Positions 62,297 through 64,000 of a DNA stretch of 64,000 bases are shown here, in pieces. Position 1 is the first letter of the stretch. The number at the start of each line of letters is the position of its first letter. The notes under the pieces were generated by a model, which had not been told where the DNA came from, ran no database searches, and saw nothing but the letters and a program-made list of their open reading frames with translations. The translations under genes were made by a program, and so were the position numbers. The DNA is from Obrimoposthia wandeli (Eukaryota): assembly GCA_977020255.1 (NCBI GenBank), contig CDROCS010001677.1:310001-374000 (forward strand), written 5' to 3'.

Positions 62297-63337
62297 TTTG
62301 TTTTCTTAAATCTATTGTTAAACTTGTCTTGGCCCCGTACGTGAAATCTATTAGTTGTCCGGAATCATCTCTAATATTTACTTCAATACTTTTTATAGAA
62401 AAGATAGAAACTGGAAGATACATTGGTTGATCTATACACATACCGACAGCGTCCCCATCTTTAGGTTCATTTTGAGAAATCCATATTGTTCTCAAAAGTG
62501 GAACTCACTGTCCTCCTACAAGTGTTGGTTCTATTAAATTAGTATAAATATATAAATGATTAAAAGCATTTAAAAGTTTTGCCTTATTTTTAGCTTTTAT
62601 GGTTTTTATTGTATTGGTTTCAAAGGTATTACTGTTTAAACCAAGGCTTTTAGCGAGTTTATCATCAAATAAAACTCGTATTATATTGCTCTTTACTGTA
62701 AACGTTATTTTACCATTTTTTAATGTTACACATTTATCGAAATATTCACTACATTCCTTCTGTATTAATTTACAGAAATTCACTTCATTATCTAATTTAT
62801 AATCTTTTGAAAACATTTTCAGTTCCACTACATACTTTGGTCTCGTTTCAACTAAAAACACTCTTGTTACTTTATCAGAACATTTTTAAACGATTAAGAT
62901 GAGGCTATATCAGATCTCTTCATACCTACTACATGTCCACTGTCAAAATCAAATTTAAGAGCTTCTCTATCAGATCCAAATATAAGTTGAATAGGTTTTA
63001 AAAAATGTTTTAGTCTATTTTTAAATCTGACTTTGTTTTTTTCATATATTACTTTCACTTCTTTATCTATACAATTGTAATAGCATTTTCCTTTACTATC
63101 AAATCCAATCACAACTTCAATTGATTTTTCATGATCAACTTCTTTTGTAAACGAAATATGTGAGTTTTTTCTGATAGTAATTGGAGAATAATAAAAGGAA
63201 AATTCTGTTAAAGCAGCTTCCAATTCTCCTTGGAGATTTGTAGAATTTTCCCAATCAATAATAAAGCTACTAGCGTAATTATCTGGTTGAGTCTTCGGAC
63301 ATCCGTTACTAGGTAAAACCATATACATAGATTTCAT
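62274..63337 (-). pseudogene. Polinton minor capsid (penton) protein, disrupted
   Basis: MYMVLPSNGCPKTQPDNYASSF..LQGELEAALTEFSF at the N-terminus; LYIYTNLIEPTLVGGQ*VPLLRTI..PMYLPV..IEVNIRDDSGQLIDF at the C-terminus. One frameshift near 62880 and one internal stop at 62505. Confidence 0.85.
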
Positions 63338-64000
63338 ATTATATTAGATGCTGATATCCAAGTTGGATCTGAATAACCATGCCATTTAACATAGTATTGT
63401 TTATGTTTTACCAGCACATAGATTTTAATATTTTTTGAATACGGAAAACACTGGTTTATTTGATATTACTTGTAGTTCTTGCTCGTAAAATTTACCGTGA
63501 ATGATATTATTGTCAAGCATCTTTAATAGTATACATTACTGGATTACTCTTTTGATCCCGATTTTACTTATACAAATATTTCATCGCTCCAATTCTGATC
63601 AAAGTTTTAATAAATGGAGTAGAGCTAATTTTCGAAATTCGGACATATTCGTTTTTCTTATATTTAGCTTTTTTTTAATATTTTCTTTTTATTCCTGTTC
63701 ATCAAATATCCATAGAATTTTTATTAATAACATCAACAGGTCTCATTCCCATGAGACCTTCTATGTTCAGTGATTATGGGCATGTATTGTTTTAGGTAAA
63801 ACTTGGATCCATTTTTTGTTTTCTTCTTTTGCCGAAATACTTGTTATTCGATCTCTTAAAGTACGATTAAATCTTTCTACTACTGCTGCCTTATACTGTG
63901 AAAACACAAGTAGTGATTTATATTATTTTTGTTTAAATAAAGATTGAACTTGTTATTATCAAAAATTCTTTTCCTAAATCAGTTTGCACATTTTGTGGAA
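63334..64000 (-). pseudogene. Retroviral-like (rve) integrase with C-terminal chromodomain, partial and frameshifted
   Basis: PQNVQTDLGKEF (second D), KAAVVERFNRTLRDRI (E), WSDEIF, HGKFYEQELQ and YYVKWHGYSDPTWISASNII*. Confidence 0.92.

Larger units (their letters stand above)
55412..64000. mobile_element. Polinton/Maverick (adintovirus-like) element, decayed and internally deleted; extends beyond the window
   Basis: pPolB, rve-integrase with chromodomain, penton, core protein and major capsid remnants occur together. The left end is placed at AGTAAGTAG (55412) because Polintons typically start with AG/AGT repeats; the right TIR and TSD are not visible. Confidence 0.92.

Noticed and set aside
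1-64000. tRNA, rRNA or snRNA genes
   Set aside because: No cloverleaf, A/B-box pair or rRNA-like sequence was recognised by eye; a covariance-model scan would be needed to exclude them.

Overview
AT-rich metazoan (invertebrate-like) genomic DNA in two parts. (1) About 1-54 kb: a minus-strand, intron-rich gene best interpreted as a divergent C3G/RAPGEF1-like Rap GEF. Twelve GC-richer exons run from 44592 to 1864; eleven chain in phase by GT-AG junctions, and the last carries a REM-domain start motif (DIAGGPVDALIVYAC). The catalytic part lies beyond the left edge. The introns contain many decayed transposons (Tc1/mariner/rosa-like, pogo/Tigger, hAT, piggyBac, Chapaev3-like, a Gypsy RT fragment), a TTAA-flanked piggyBac MITE, a 17-copy 76/70-bp satellite and a GAGT microsatellite. 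(2) About 55.4-64 kb: a decayed Polinton/Maverick (adintovirus-like) element that runs off the right edge. Its minus strand encodes integrase+chromodomain, penton, core protein and major capsid, with ATGA stop/start overlaps. Its plus strand encodes a SIM-bearing acidic protein and a protein-primed DNA polymerase B. The most unusual signal is that three short AT-rich introns splice a RING-like domain, four W(M/L)xxIxExDF acidic repeats and a Ser/Thr/Ala linker in frame onto pPolB. The element's left end is packed with nuclear-receptor half-sites, E2F-like sites and twin CCAAT/TATA promoters. All family assignments come from motif recognition by eye; no database searches were run.
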